The notes: generated by a model from the letters alone, not told the origin. Positions 51,832 through 64,000 are shown, counted from the stretch's first letter. The stretch: 64,000 nt of DNA from an uncultured Actinomycetes bacterium (GCA_963792135.1 CAWBVD010000003.1:90707-154706); one strand, 5' to 3'. Numbers and translations: made by a program.

Positions 51832-51872
51832 ATCCAGTGTAGCCGGGAATTATGCTATCCAGTGTAGCCGGG
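51832..51872. repeat. Perfect 16-bp direct repeat ATCCAGTGTAGCCGGG x2 separated by AATTATGCT
   Basis: Copies at 51832-51847 and 51857-51872. Anchored by two overlapping ORF translations. Lies in the divergent intergenic region next to the ldt start. Confidence 0.9.
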
Positions 51873-51910
51873 CCGGCGCAGGTTCACTCGTTGCAATCTA
51901 AACTGCGTTT

Positions 51911-52159
51911 GTGGCAGAACCGGCAAGCACCGAGCCGATGCAGGCTGTGGACGAATCCCCTTCACTCGACCCCGCAGCAATCGAACGCGCCTACCGGCGC
52001 GAGCGGGCGCGCCGCCGCGCGAAGGTCGAGCACCGCCAGTACGCGCGCAACTCCAACGCCCGTTTCTGGGTCGCCATCGCCGTGATCGCCCTGATCACCG
52101 TCCTGCTCGGGCTCATGGCGCTGCGGGAGATCCAGACGAGCTTCGGGATCCTGCAGTAA
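51911..52159 (+). CDS. Hypothetical small membrane-anchored protein
   Basis: 82-aa ORF (GTG 51911, alternative ATG 51938). Basic region RRERARRRAK, then one TM helix FWVAIAVIALITVLLGLMAL. Confidence 0.35.
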   Translation: MAEPASTEPMQAVDESPSLDPAAIERAYRRERARRRAKVEHRQYARNSNARFWVAIAVIALITVLLGLMALREIQTSFGILQ

Positions 52160-52178
52160 GCGCGAGAACGCAGCGGGA

Positions 52179-52655
52179 CTAGAAGTCTTCGGCAGCGCGC
52201 AGCAGCCCGCCGGCGATGACGCCGAGGGCGGCGATCAGGGCGATCCAGATCCCGATCCCCCGGCTGTCGGCCGGCAGGACGGCGTCGGGGATCGAGATGA
52301 TCCTGATCAGGACGAACACGGTCGCGAACGCGCCGAGCACCAGCACAACGAGGCTCTCGGGGAACGAGCCCGGCAGGTCGAACCCGCGCACCCGCGCCGC
52401 GACGAGGACGACGACGGCGAGCCCGATGAAGAACACGAGCTTCCCGAGCACCCCGGTGTGCCAGCCGGTGACCGACAGCGAGACGCCGAGACCGGAGCCG
52501 GAGTACCAGTTCATGAACGGGGAGAGCATCAGCACGAGCCCGGAGATCCACGTGATCGTGTCGCCCATCCCCCAGATCCCCTCCGCCTGCCGCGAGTAGA
52601 GCGGCGGGGGCGACGAGCCGGGGCCGGGATCGAGATACAGGTCTGAGCCTTCCAC
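52179..52655 (-). CDS. Hypothetical integral membrane protein
   Basis: 158-aa ORF with about 4 TM helices and good GC3. No family recognised. Confidence 0.5.
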   Translation of the reverse strand: MEGSDLYLDPGPGSSPPPLYSRQAEGIWGMGDTITWISGLVLMLSPFMNWYSGSGLGVSLSVTGWHTGVLGKLVFFIGLAVVVLVAARVRGFDLPGSFPESLVVLVLGAFATVFVLIRIISIPDAVLPADSRGIGIWIALIAALGVIAGGLLRAAEDF

Positions 52656-52682
52656 CGGGAAGAAGTATGACGAGCGGCTCGG

Positions 52683-52913
52683 CTACCGCGTGGCGACGGT
52701 CACAGTGACGGTGTTCTGCGCGACGGGGACGAGCGGCAGCGGATGCAGTGTCCGGACGAGGGTCTGAGTGCCGCCCGGCTTCGGGTTGTCGTGGAGGGCC
52801 TCGCCGAGGCCGACGCCCACGACGAAGGCGGCGAGGAGCGCGAGCACCATGACGAGCACGCGCGGCCAGCGGCGCTTGCGCGGCGGCGGTCGGCGTGGCC
52901 GGACCACTGTCAC
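52683..52913 (-). CDS. Hypothetical small membrane protein
   Basis: GTG 52913 overlaps the upstream stop (GTGA). Basic N-terminus [14 protein letters not shown], then the TM helix VLVMVLALLAAFVVGVGL. Confidence 0.4.
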   Translation of the reverse strand: MTVVRPRRPPPRKRRWPRVLVMVLALLAAFVVGVGLGEALHDNPKPGGTQTLVRTLHPLPLVPVAQNTVTVTVATR

Positions 52914-53215
52914 GGGGCGTAGTCGGAGGCGCGGCGCGCGTAGAGGTCGAACGCGGCATCGGCGGCGATCGAGACGTCGGCCGGCACCTCGTCCGGGAAG
53001 GCGTCGTCCAGCGCCTCGAGCGTCCAGCGGTGGGAGCGCTCGTACTCGCTCAGGAGATCCTCGGTCGAGAACGTCTGCCCGATGCGGCGCGTCAGCTCGT
53101 CGACGAGCACCGAGACGTACGCGTTCAGCCGGGTGAAGGCCTCCCGGTCGTCGCGTGCACGCTCGATCGTCCGGCGGCCCTCGACCCACTGATGACGCGC
53201 GAGCTCGACGTCCAC
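52910..53215 (-). CDS. Hypothetical protein
   Basis: 101-aa ORF with a GTG start and good GC3. No family recognised. Confidence 0.5.
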   Translation of the reverse strand: MDVELARHQWVEGRRTIERARDDREAFTRLNAYVSVLVDELTRRIGQTFSTEDLLSEYERSHRWTLEALDDAFPDEVPADVSIAADAAFDLYARRASDYAP

Positions 53216-53225
53216 GGACAGCGGA

Positions 53226-53681
53226 TCATAGAGAGCAGCATTGACGTTCCGGCCAGAGCGGGCCCGCCTCTTCGAGGATCCTGTCCCCGAGCACGTAGCC
53301 CGGCCGGGCGAGGGCGAACGCGCCGTGGGCGTGGAGGCACTTCAGGCTGCCGTGCCGCGTCGCCCCGCCGATCCCGCCCTGCAGCTCCGGGCGGAGCTCC
53401 CGCTGCTCGGCGTGAGCACGCTCGAGGCTCGCGCAGAGCTCCGGGTCGTCCTCCGCGGCCTTCGTCCACCGCTCGACGCCCCCGGCCGCCTCGAGCCGCG
53501 CGATCGCGGCCGCAAGGTACGAGCAGGTGAGCCAGAACTGGGTCGGGAAAGGCGTGCCGTCGGAGCCGAATGGCTCCTGCTCGACGACCGCAGGCAGCCC
53601 GTACGGGCAGCGCACGGCGACGCGCCGGAAGGCGCGCGGAACCCGGCCGAGCTGCCGCTCGACGATCGCGAGGTCGTCCAC
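53226..53681 (-). CDS. DUF501 domain protein
   Basis: ..CPYGLPAVVEQEP..GTPFPTQFWLTCSYL.. matches the DUF501 pattern. Usual position next to ftsB/eno. Confidence 0.75.
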   Translation of the reverse strand: MDDLAIVERQLGRVPRAFRRVAVRCPYGLPAVVEQEPFGSDGTPFPTQFWLTCSYLAAAIARLEAAGGVERWTKAAEDDPELCASLERAHAEQRELRPELQGGIGGATRHGSLKCLHAHGAFALARPGYVLGDRILEEAGPLWPERQCCSL

Positions 53682-53691
53682 GACTGGGACG

Positions 53692-53997
53692 TTAGTGGCG
53701 CTGGCGGGCCCGCCACGCGGCGATGCCGCGGACGATGAAGAGCTCCTCGCCCGGCTTGACGAACCCGAGCCGCCGCGCCTCGCGCACGAGATCCTGCCCG
53801 GTGCCGACCGAGGCGATGCGCTGTTCGAGCTGCCGCTGCTGGGTCTCGAGGCGGCTCACCTCGCCCTCGCGCCGCGAGAGCACCGCCTTCGTGTGCTCGT
53901 AGCTGTGGATCGGCTTCCAGTAGAGGACGCCGACGAGAACAATCGCGCCCAGGGCAAGCAAGCGTGTCGGTCCCAGCACGGCACCGACTTCGCCCAC
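53692..53997 (-). CDS. ftsB: Septum formation initiator (FtsB/DivIC family)
   Basis: 101 aa. One TM span, then a coiled coil ..RREGEVSRLETQQRQLEQRI.. and the LVREARRLGFVKPGEELFIV tail. Confidence 0.75.
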   Translation of the reverse strand: MGEVGAVLGPTRLLALGAIVLVGVLYWKPIHSYEHTKAVLSRREGEVSRLETQQRQLEQRIASVGTGQDLVREARRLGFVKPGEELFIVRGIAAWRARQRH

Positions 53998-54036
53998 AGA
54001 GCGCCGGGTCCTTCCTGCCCGTGAACGAGATCGAGG

Positions 54037-55452
<1,416 letters not shown>

Positions 55453-55457
55453 CCTGC

Positions 55458-57514
<2,057 letters not shown>

Positions 57515-57527
57515 GCCCCGACCTTAG

Positions 57528-58559
57528 CTACGTGGTGGTCTGGTTCGGCGCCTGGATCGCCGCGCAGGGATCCGGCGAGGGCAGGAAGCCGCTCGCGTAG
57601 GAGATGTGCCCGGAGCAGTAGCTCTTGGCGATCTTCTGCATCCAGTCACTCGCCAGCTGCTGCTGCTTCTGCTGCTCGAGCTGTGAGCGGATCTGCGCGA
57701 TCGCCCGCTTCTCGGGCGTCGTCGATGCGGGCGTGGCCGCCCCGACGGGCTTGATCACGAACCAGCCGTACTGCGCGGTCTTGACGGGCTTGATCAGCAC
57801 GCCGGTCTTCGCCTTCGGATCGAAGACCGCAGCGTCGAACTCGGGCACGTCGCTGCCCTTGGACGCGGTGAATTTGCCGCCCTTGTCCTTCGAGCCCGGG
57901 TCCTGCGAGTACTTCTTCGCGAGCGCGGCGAAGTCGGCGCCGCCCGCGAGCTGGCTGTAGATCTGGTTCGCCAGCGCCTCCTTGTTCTTTCCGACCAGGA
58001 TCTCCTGGACGGCCCGGGTCGCCGGCTTCTGGAACTGCGTCAGGTTCGCGGCGTAGTACGCGTCGATCTCCGACTGGGTGGCGCCGGCGCCCTTGGTCAC
58101 GTTGTTGAAGAGCTTCTCCTCGAGCATCTTCTCGCGCAGGTTCTCGCGGATCTGCGCGTCGGTGAAGCCCTCCTTCTTGAGCTCCGCCCGGTACTTCTTC
58201 TCGCTGCCGCCGAACTGCGCCTTCTTGATGGCGGCGAGCTTCTTGGCGACCTCGGCCGCCGTCACGGTGATCCCGAGCTTCTTCGCTTGCTGCGCGAGCT
58301 CGGCCTGCTGCACGAGGAGGTCGACGATGTTCGAGCGGAGCTGCGCGTACTGGGTCGACCCGGCCGCGGGGAACGCCTGCCCCGACGACTTCATGCTCGC
58401 CTTCTGAACGGCGAGGAGGTCGTTGAAGTCCTGCTGCGTGATGTGCGTCCCGCCGACGACGGCGACGTCGTCGGACGAGACCCCGCCGCCACCCCCGCCG
58501 CAACCGGCGAAGAGCAGCGCAAACAGAACGAGGGGCGAGAGGAGTCGGAGGATCTTCAT
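57528..58559 (-). CDS. Parvulin-type peptidyl-prolyl isomerase lipoprotein (PrsA/SurA-like)
   Basis: Lipobox LLFAGCGG. PpiC domain ..RAVQEILV..GGADFAALAKKYSQDPGSKDKGG.. Confidence 0.8.
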   Translation of the reverse strand: MKILRLLSPLVLFALLFAGCGGGGGGVSSDDVAVVGGTHITQQDFNDLLAVQKASMKSSGQAFPAAGSTQYAQLRSNIVDLLVQQAELAQQAKKLGITVTAAEVAKKLAAIKKAQFGGSEKKYRAELKKEGFTDAQIRENLREKMLEEKLFNNVTKGAGATQSEIDAYYAANLTQFQKPATRAVQEILVGKNKEALANQIYSQLAGGADFAALAKKYSQDPGSKDKGGKFTASKGSDVPEFDAAVFDPKAKTGVLIKPVKTAQYGWFVIKPVGAATPASTTPEKRAIAQIRSQLEQQKQQQLASDWMQKIAKSYCSGHISYASGFLPSPDPCAAIQAPNQTTT

Positions 58560-58594
58560 TGCCAGGCTCTCCTACTCTGTAGCACGACGATAGG

Positions 58595-61500
58595 TCATGC
58601 CGCCGCCCGAGCGGTCAGCATTGCATCGACCAGTCGAACCGCACCGTCGAGCTCGTCGGCGCGGAGCGTCACCTCGCGCTGGCCCGTGGAGTAGACGGCG
58701 GTATCGACCTCGCTGCGCAGCGCACGCAGCTCGCCCGAGCCCATCACGACGGGCCCGACCGAGACCTTCCCGCCGCGGAAAACGAGGTAGTCGGCGCCCA
58801 GGCGGGCGACCTTCAGCTTCGCGAGCTGGATGGCGAACAGGTTCTCGACCGGCTCGGGGAGCGGCCCGTAGCGGTCCGTGGTCGCCTGCTCGAGCTCGCG
58901 GAGCTCGTCCTCGTCCTCGACCAGCGCGAGGCGGCGGTGCAGGTCGATCTTCAGCGCCTCGGACGCGATGTAGCTCGCCGGCACGTAGGCGCTGACGCGG
59001 GCGTCCACGCGGACCGGGCGCGCCGCGAGCCGCCGCTCGCCGGAGAGCTCGGCGATGACCTCCTGGAGCATCTCGACGTAGAGCTCGAACCCGAGCGCGG
59101 CGACGTGGCCGGACTGCTCGGCGCCGAGCAGGTCGCCGGCGCCGCGGATCTCGAGGTCGCGCATGGCGATCGCGAATCCGGCGCCGAGCTCCGTGTGGTC
59201 GGCGAGGGTCGCGAGCCGTGCGCGCGCCTCCGGGGTCAGCTCGCCGGCGTCCGGATAGAAGAGGTAGGCGTGCGCCGGGACGTCCCGGCGACCCACCCGG
59301 CCGCGGATCTGGTAGAGCTGGGCCAGGCCGAGGGCGTCGGCGCGCTCCACGATCAGCGTGTTCGCCTGCGGGATGTCGAGGCCGGACTCGATGATCGTGG
59401 TCGAGACGAGCACGTCGGCGTCGCCGGAGAGGAACGAGAGCATCCGGTCCTCGAGGTCCTTCTCCCCCATCTGCCCATGCGCCACGAGCACGCGCAGGCC
59501 CGGGCTGAGCTGCCGGAGCTTCTCGGCCGCGTCCTCGATCGACTCCACCCGGTTGTGGAGGTAGAAGCTCTGGCCGCCGCGCTCGTGCTCGCGCTCGAGC
59601 GCGAGCTTGATCAGCTCCTCGTCGTACTCGCCGACATGGGTGCGGATCGGGCGGCGTCCCTCGGGCGGCGTCTCGATCACGGAGATGTCGCGGAGGCCGG
59701 CGAGCGACATGTGGAGCGTGCGCGGGATCGGGGTCGCGCTCATGGCGAGCACGTCGACCTCGAGCCTCAACTGGCGGAGGAGCTCCTTCTGCGCCACGCC
59801 GAAGCGCTGCTCCTCGTCGACGACGACGAGGCCGAGGTCCTTCGGGATCGCGTCGCGGGACAGGATGCGGTGCGTCCCGATCAGCACGTCGACCTTCCCC
59901 TCGCCGTAGTCCCTGAGCACCTGCTTCACGTCGGCCGGCTTGCGGAAGCGGGAGACCATCTCGACCCGCACCGGGAAGTCGCGGTAGCGGTCGCGGAACG
60001 TGCTCCAGTGCTGCTGCGCGAGGATCGTCGTCGGCACGAGCATCAGCACCTGCTTGCCGGCGACCGCAACCGTGAAGGCGGCACGGAGCGCGACCTCGGT
60101 CTTGCCGAAGCCGACGTCGCCGCAGACGAGTCGGTCCATCGGGCGCGGCGACTCGAGGTCCTCCTTGACCGCCTCGATCGCGCGCGCCTGGTCCTCGGTC
60201 TCGCGGTAGGGAAACTCGGCCTCGAGCCGCTCGATCCACTCCTGCTCGACGTCGTAGGCGATGCCGGGGCGCGTCTGGCGCTCGGCGTAGAGCTGCAGCA
60301 GCTCGCCGGCCATCTCGCGCAGGTGCTCGCGCGCGCGCGTCTTGAGGTTCTCCCAGGCCTTGCCGCCGAGCTTCGAGAGCGTGGGCGCGTGCGAGTCGGC
60401 GCCGATGTAGCGGGAGACCTTGCCGATCTGCTCGTGCGGGACGTAGACGCGGTCGTCGCCCCGGTAGCCGAGCAGCAGGTAGTCGCGGGTGACGCCCGCG
60501 ACCGCTCGGGTCTCGAAGCCGAGGAGCTGCGCGATGCCGTGGTCCTCGTGCACGACGTAGTCGCCGGTGCGGAGGTCGGCGAAGCTCGCGAGCGCGCGGC
60601 CGGGCGCCGCGGTGGCGCGCGGCGGGCGGCGGCGGAACACCTGGGTGTCGGGGAGCAGCGCGATGCCGAGGTCGCGCCAGACGAAGCCGCGGCGGGCGGG
60701 CGTGACGGCGAAGACGAGGCCTGACGGCTCCTCTCCGGGCCTGAGCAAATCGGCTTCGATCTTCCGCAGCAGCGCCCGGCGGCGCTCCGCCTCACCGCGG
60801 TGGGCGAACGCGACGACGATGTCGAGGCCCTGGCGGAGCAGGCCGGAGAGCTCGTTCTCCGCCTCCGAGATCCCGCGCGCGACGAGCGCGGGCCGCTGCG
60901 CCTCGAACGTGAACGGCTGGCCCTGCGGGAAGGGATCGAGCTCGGCTGTGCCATCGAAAGAAATCTCCGTGCAGCCCTCGTCGCGCCAGACGGCGCGGAC
61001 GTCGTCCGGCTGCCAGACGAAGTCGGGCTTGCCCGCGAGCGGCGGGACGAGGTCGTCGGGGAGCTCACGCCGAGCCTCCTCCTCGTCGCCGGGGAGCTGG
61101 ATCGCGTCGTCGTCGCCCGCCTTGACGAGGCGCTCCGCCGCCGGGTAGATGGTGGCGCTCTCGAGCTGCCGGAGCGCGCGCTGCGTGAACGGCGAGAACG
61201 CGCGGATGCTCTCGATCTCGTCGCCGAAGAACTCGACGCGCAGCGGCTCCCGGCCGGTCGTCGGGAAGACGTCGATCAGGCCGCCGCGAACCGCCAGCTG
61301 CCCGCGTTCCTCGACCCGGTCGGCGCGCTCGTAGCCCGCGGCGACGAGGCTCGCGGCGAGGCCGTCGATGCCGGGGTCGCCGCCGAACTCGAGCTCGATC
61401 GGCTGCGCCCGGGCGCCGGGCGGCGGGACGAGCTCTGCGACTGCGAGCGCCGACGCGCAGACGATCCCACCCCGGTCGAGCACGGCGAGGGCGCGGGCGC

Positions 61501-61801
61501 GCTCGCCGACGAGGTGCGGCGCCGGCTCGAGGCCGGACGCGAGGCTGACGCCGCGCGACGGAAGGAGCGCGACCCGGTCCTCGCCGAGGAACCAGCCGAT
61601 CGCCTCGGCCGTGTCGCGGGCGTCGGTGTCCTCGGGCAGGAGGACGCTGAAGCCGCCGAGCTCCTCGTAGAGCGCGGCGAGCAGGAGCGGGAGCGCCGGC
61701 TCGGCGACGCGGGCCCGCGCCGGCAGCGCCGCCGCGAAGGCGGGCAGGCGTTCGCCGGCGCGGAGGCGCTCGACCAGTGGATGGAGCACAGGGAGGTCCA
61801 T
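58595..61801 (-). CDS. mfd: Transcription-repair coupling factor
   Basis: ATG 61801 (MDLPVLHPL..) lies 1 nt after the pth stop. CarD-like domain, helicase motifs VCGDVGFGKTEVA and DEEQRFG, and the TRG motif. The whole 3.2-kb gene has no frame break. Confidence 0.95.
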   Translation of the reverse strand: MDLPVLHPLVERLRAGERLPAFAAALPARARVAEPALPLLLAALYEELGGFSVLLPEDTDARDTAEAIGWFLGEDRVALLPSRGVSLASGLEPAPHLVGERARALAVLDRGGIVCASALAVAELVPPPGARAQPIELEFGGDPGIDGLAASLVAAGYERADRVEERGQLAVRGGLIDVFPTTGREPLRVEFFGDEIESIRAFSPFTQRALRQLESATIYPAAERLVKAGDDDAIQLPGDEEEARRELPDDLVPPLAGKPDFVWQPDDVRAVWRDEGCTEISFDGTAELDPFPQGQPFTFEAQRPALVARGISEAENELSGLLRQGLDIVVAFAHRGEAERRRALLRKIEADLLRPGEEPSGLVFAVTPARRGFVWRDLGIALLPDTQVFRRRPPRATAAPGRALASFADLRTGDYVVHEDHGIAQLLGFETRAVAGVTRDYLLLGYRGDDRVYVPHEQIGKVSRYIGADSHAPTLSKLGGKAWENLKTRAREHLREMAGELLQLYAERQTRPGIAYDVEQEWIERLEAEFPYRETEDQARAIEAVKEDLESPRPMDRLVCGDVGFGKTEVALRAAFTVAVAGKQVLMLVPTTILAQQHWSTFRDRYRDFPVRVEMVSRFRKPADVKQVLRDYGEGKVDVLIGTHRILSRDAIPKDLGLVVVDEEQRFGVAQKELLRQLRLEVDVLAMSATPIPRTLHMSLAGLRDISVIETPPEGRRPIRTHVGEYDEELIKLALEREHERGGQSFYLHNRVESIEDAAEKLRQLSPGLRVLVAHGQMGEKDLEDRMLSFLSGDADVLVSTTIIESGLDIPQANTLIVERADALGLAQLYQIRGRVGRRDVPAHAYLFYPDAGELTPEARARLATLADHTELGAGFAIAMRDLEIRGAGDLLGAEQSGHVAALGFELYVEMLQEVIAELSGERRLAARPVRVDARVSAYVPASYIASEALKIDLHRRLALVEDEDELRELEQATTDRYGPLPEPVENLFAIQLAKLKVARLGADYLVFRGGKVSVGPVVMGSGELRALRSEVDTAVYSTGQREVTLRADELDGAVRLVDAMLTARAAA

Positions 61802-61802
61802 G

Positions 61803-62399
61803 TCAGTTGAACTCGCGCTGCGTCGCCGCCAGCCCCTCGGCGTCGAGCGACTCGACCGCATCGGCCGCGCGGGCGACGAGCCCCTCGGAATCCTCGTCCG
61901 GCTCGAAGTCGGACAGCACCCAGTCGGCGAGCGGCCGCCGGTCCCCGCGCCCGGGGCGGCCGATGCCGACGCGCAGCCGCAGGAAGTCCTGCGTGCCGAG
62001 CTGCTGCGCCACGGAGCGGAGGCCGTTGTGGCCGGCGAGCCCGCCGCCCAGACGGGCCTGGAGGCGGCCGAGCTCGAGGTCGCTCTCGTCGTGGACGATC
62101 AGGACCGCGTCCGGCTCGACCTTGAAGAACTGCGCCGCGGCCTTGACCGAGCGGCCGGACTCGTTCATGTACGTGTCGGGCGCGAGCAGGCCCACGCGGT
62201 GCGAGTCGATCCGAACCTCGGCGAGGCGGGCGTTGAACTTCGCGCGCCACGAGCCGCCGTGGCGCCGCGCGAGCTCCTCCACGACCATGTGGCCGACGTT
62301 GTGGCGGTTCCCGGCGTACTCGCGCCCGGGGTTCCCGAGCCCGACGACGAGCAGGTCGAGCGACGACGCGCGTTCGCCCCGTCTCCAGGGCAGGCGCAC
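61803..62399 (-). CDS. pth: Peptidyl-tRNA hydrolase
   Basis: GTG start. LVVGLGNPGREYAGNRHNVGHMV, DESDL..G..R, GHNGLRS. Confidence 0.95.
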   Translation of the reverse strand: MRLPWRRGERASSLDLLVVGLGNPGREYAGNRHNVGHMVVEELARRHGGSWRAKFNARLAEVRIDSHRVGLLAPDTYMNESGRSVKAAAQFFKVEPDAVLIVHDESDLELGRLQARLGGGLAGHNGLRSVAQQLGTQDFLRLRVGIGRPGRGDRRPLADWVLSDFEPDEDSEGLVARAADAVESLDAEGLAATQREFN

Positions 62400-62405
62400 G
62401 GGGAG

Positions 62406-63081
62406 CTACTCCTCGGCTTCGGACTCGTCCCCGCCGCCCTGGGCAGCGGGTCTCGGCCTCGGGCGCCTCGCCCTCAGCGGCCTCCTCGGCACCCTCCTCG
62501 GCCTCCTCGACGGCCTCCTCGCGCGCCATCTGGACGCTCGCGATGACGACCTCCTCGGGGTCGTCGAGGAGCCGGACGCCGTCCGGGACCGAAACCTGCG
62601 AGAGGCGCAGGCTATCCCCGACGCCGAGCTCGGTGACGTCCGCCTCGAGTCCCTGCGGAACCTCGAGCGGGAGCGCCTCGATGCCGACCTCGGTCGTGAC
62701 CTGCGTCAGGACGCCGCCCTCGCGCACGCCGACCGAGTCGCCGACGAGATGCACGGCGACGGTCGTCTGGATCGGCTGGTCGAGCCGCACCTCGAGGAAG
62801 TCGACGTGCGTGATCGTGCCGCGCACCTTGTCGCGCTGGTAGTCCTTGAGGATCGCCGAGTGGGCAGAGCCGCCGTCGACGGCCACGTCGAGCACGGCGT
62901 GCCCCCCGGCCTGCGTCGTCAGCGCGGCCCGAAGCTCACGCTCGCCGATCGAGATCGCGACCGGCTCCGACCGCCCGTAGAGGACGCCCGGAACGAGCCC
63001 CTGCCGGCGCAGGCGGCGCGACTCCGCCGACCCGAGTTGGGTCCGCTGCGAAACGACGAGCTTGACGCGCTCTCCGGCCAC
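62406..63081 (-). CDS. rplY: Ribosomal protein L25 / general stress protein Ctc, one +1 break near 62455
   Basis: GTG 63081. ..RRLRRQGLVPGVLYG..HAVLDV..LKDYQRDKVRGTITHVDFLEV.. The acidic tail PAAQGGGDESEAEE* (TAG 62408-62406) reads only in the next frame; as given, the ORF runs on over pth. Confidence 0.85.
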
Positions 63082-63096
63082 GGCGAGCCAGTGTAG

Positions 63097-63124
63097 CGAG
63101 CGGGCGGCTCACGCCGCCCGCTCG
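63097..63124 (-). terminator. Perfect 12-bp stem-loop (CGAGCGGGCGGC-TCAC-GCCGCCCGCTCG) between cytochrome c and rplY
   Basis: Read directly. Begins 6 nt after the cytochrome c stop (63131) and ends 15 nt before the rplY GTG (63081). No U-tract. Confidence 0.5.
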
Positions 63125-63130
63125 AAGGAA

Positions 63131-63526
63131 TCAGGTAACCGAGTCGAGGTACTCCGCGATTTGCTTGATCTGGGTCGCCGAGAGGACGCCCTTGTACGGC
63201 GTCATCTGGGTCGTGTACTTCGCGATCTGCGCCTTGGTCATGACCGACGAGCCGCCGTTCGTGATCGCCTTGATGTACAGCGCGAGCGTGAGCGGCGGCT
63301 TGACCTTGTTGAGGTTGGGACCGATCTGGCCCACGGCCCCGGCCTGCTTCAGCGTGTGGCAGGCCGAGCAGGTGCTGATGAACGTCGCCTTCCCGGCCGC
63401 GAGGTCCTTCGCGGAGGGCTTGGTGGCACTCCGCTGGGCCAGCGCGGCGGGCACGACGAGCACCGCGAGAAGCACGATGCCGGTGACGAGTACGCCGGCA
63501 CGAAAACCGATCTTCCTTCGACGCAT
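63131..63526 (-). CDS. Membrane-anchored c-type cytochrome
   Basis: ATG 63526 with GGAGG 5 nt upstream. TM anchor. CSACH haem-binding motif and a distal Met region ..GGSSVMT.. Confidence 0.85.
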   Translation of the reverse strand: MRRRKIGFRAGVLVTGIVLLAVLVVPAALAQRSATKPSAKDLAAGKATFISTCSACHTLKQAGAVGQIGPNLNKVKPPLTLALYIKAITNGGSSVMTKAQIAKYTTQMTPYKGVLSATQIKQIAEYLDSVT

Positions 63527-63664
63527 TGAAACCTCCGTTTGCTGACAGTCCCGGTCTGACGATCGACTATAAGGGGCCGATGGAACGCCTGCCCCGGCGG
63601 CCGCTCTGCGGCTTCTCATGTATAGCGACAGTTGGCCCAACGCGCGATGTATGGTGTGCCTTAC

Positions 63665-63898
63665 ATGACCGCGTCTGGCTCGGCCTCCCAATCGCTCCGC
63701 CTGACCCAGTCGCTCGAGCTCACGCTTCGCGGCTTCTCGCCGCGGGAGCTCACGGTGCGGGCCGAGCACGAATGCCGCAGGCACTTCGGCGAGTGCGCCT
63801 GGCGGATCGACGAGGCGACCTGCGTGCCGTGCATGGGCACGCTCGGCGGACGCGTCCGCCTCTACGAGGCGCACATCGTCGCCCACGAGCAGGAATAG
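63665..63898 (+). CDS. Hypothetical small Cys-containing protein
   Basis: GC3 becomes high from ATG 63665 (the ORF opens at TTG 63632). 77 aa with HECRRHFGEC..CVPC. No family recognised. Confidence 0.35.
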   Translation: MTASGSASQSLRLTQSLELTLRGFSPRELTVRAEHECRRHFGECAWRIDEATCVPCMGTLGGRVRLYEAHIVAHEQE

Positions 63899-63899
63899 C

Positions 63900-64000
63900 T
63901 CACCACACGTACGCCTGGCCCTCAGGCGCCGGGACCGTGGCCATCCCGTTCTGCACATGATCGGCTCCCGCAGCTGCTCCGGGATCTGGCGGAACACCCA
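63900..64000 (-). CDS. 3' end of an unidentified gene running off the window (apparent frame break near 63955)
   Basis: High-GC3 frame WVFRQIPEQLREPI switches to ..HVQNGMATVPAPEGQAYVW* (TGA 63902-63900). Confidence 0.3.
   Translation of the reverse strand, partial: GVPPDPGAAAGADHVQNGMATVPAPEGQAYVW

Overview
Very GC-rich, tightly packed bacterial chromosomal segment. Third codon positions are almost always G/C, and many neighbouring genes overlap by 1-11 nt at their start and stop codons. Gene content and order look Actinobacteria-like (mfd-PPIase-mazG-eno-pyk-ftsB-DUF501, a CysO/Mec cysteine pathway, KorAB); the taxon is only a guess. I can support about 70 protein genes. I see no rRNA, tRNA, CRISPR array, transposase or integrase.

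Gene blocks in order:
- 1-12.1 kb: assorted redox and hydrolase genes, an MFS transporter, a GNAT, a stand-alone LigD-type primase-polymerase domain, an acyl-CoA dehydrogenase and an M20 peptidase.
- 12.1-14 kb: an RpoD-family sigma factor with a 19-bp palindrome in its leader, and a membrane TPR-like protein.
- 14.06-16.8 kb: moeZ-like, cysO, cysM and mec.
- 16.8-19.5 kb: korBA.
- 19.6-29.9 kb: a LacI regulator, a GH5-like enzyme, a family-5 ABC importer and a GH1 beta-glucosidase, all riddled with frame breaks.
- 29.97-31.2 kb: an RHH antitoxin, a MazF-like toxin and a short thymidylate-synthase-fold gene.
- 31.2-36.9 kb: sugar-related oxidoreductases, xylB and an M24 peptidase.
- 36.96-39.9 kb: one roughly 990-aa reading frame joining an RnfD/NqrB-like (UnbU-type) membrane domain to an FG-GAP plus ASPIC/UnbV domain.
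- 40-45.1 kb: csp, infA, and a xylFGH-like ABC transporter with a ROK regulator.
- 45.2-53.2 kb: a CorC/CBS protein, a radical-SAM protein, an orphan LuxR response regulator, a 7Fe ferredoxin, a cytochrome c maturation block (ccdA, ccmH, TlpA-like) with an L,D-transpeptidase, and small membrane proteins.
- 53.2-64 kb: housekeeping genes from DUF501 to mfd, then pth, rplY and a cytochrome c.

The dominant technical observation is about 40 single-base frame breaks. Nearly all run in the +1 direction, which looks more like sequence error than gene decay.

The most interesting biology is the TA plus TS-like cassette, the UnbU-UnbV fusion, the CysO tail, and several perfect short repeats or palindromes in promoter regions.

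All functions come from motif recognition by eye; no database search was run. Frame-break positions are approximate (about +/-10 nt).
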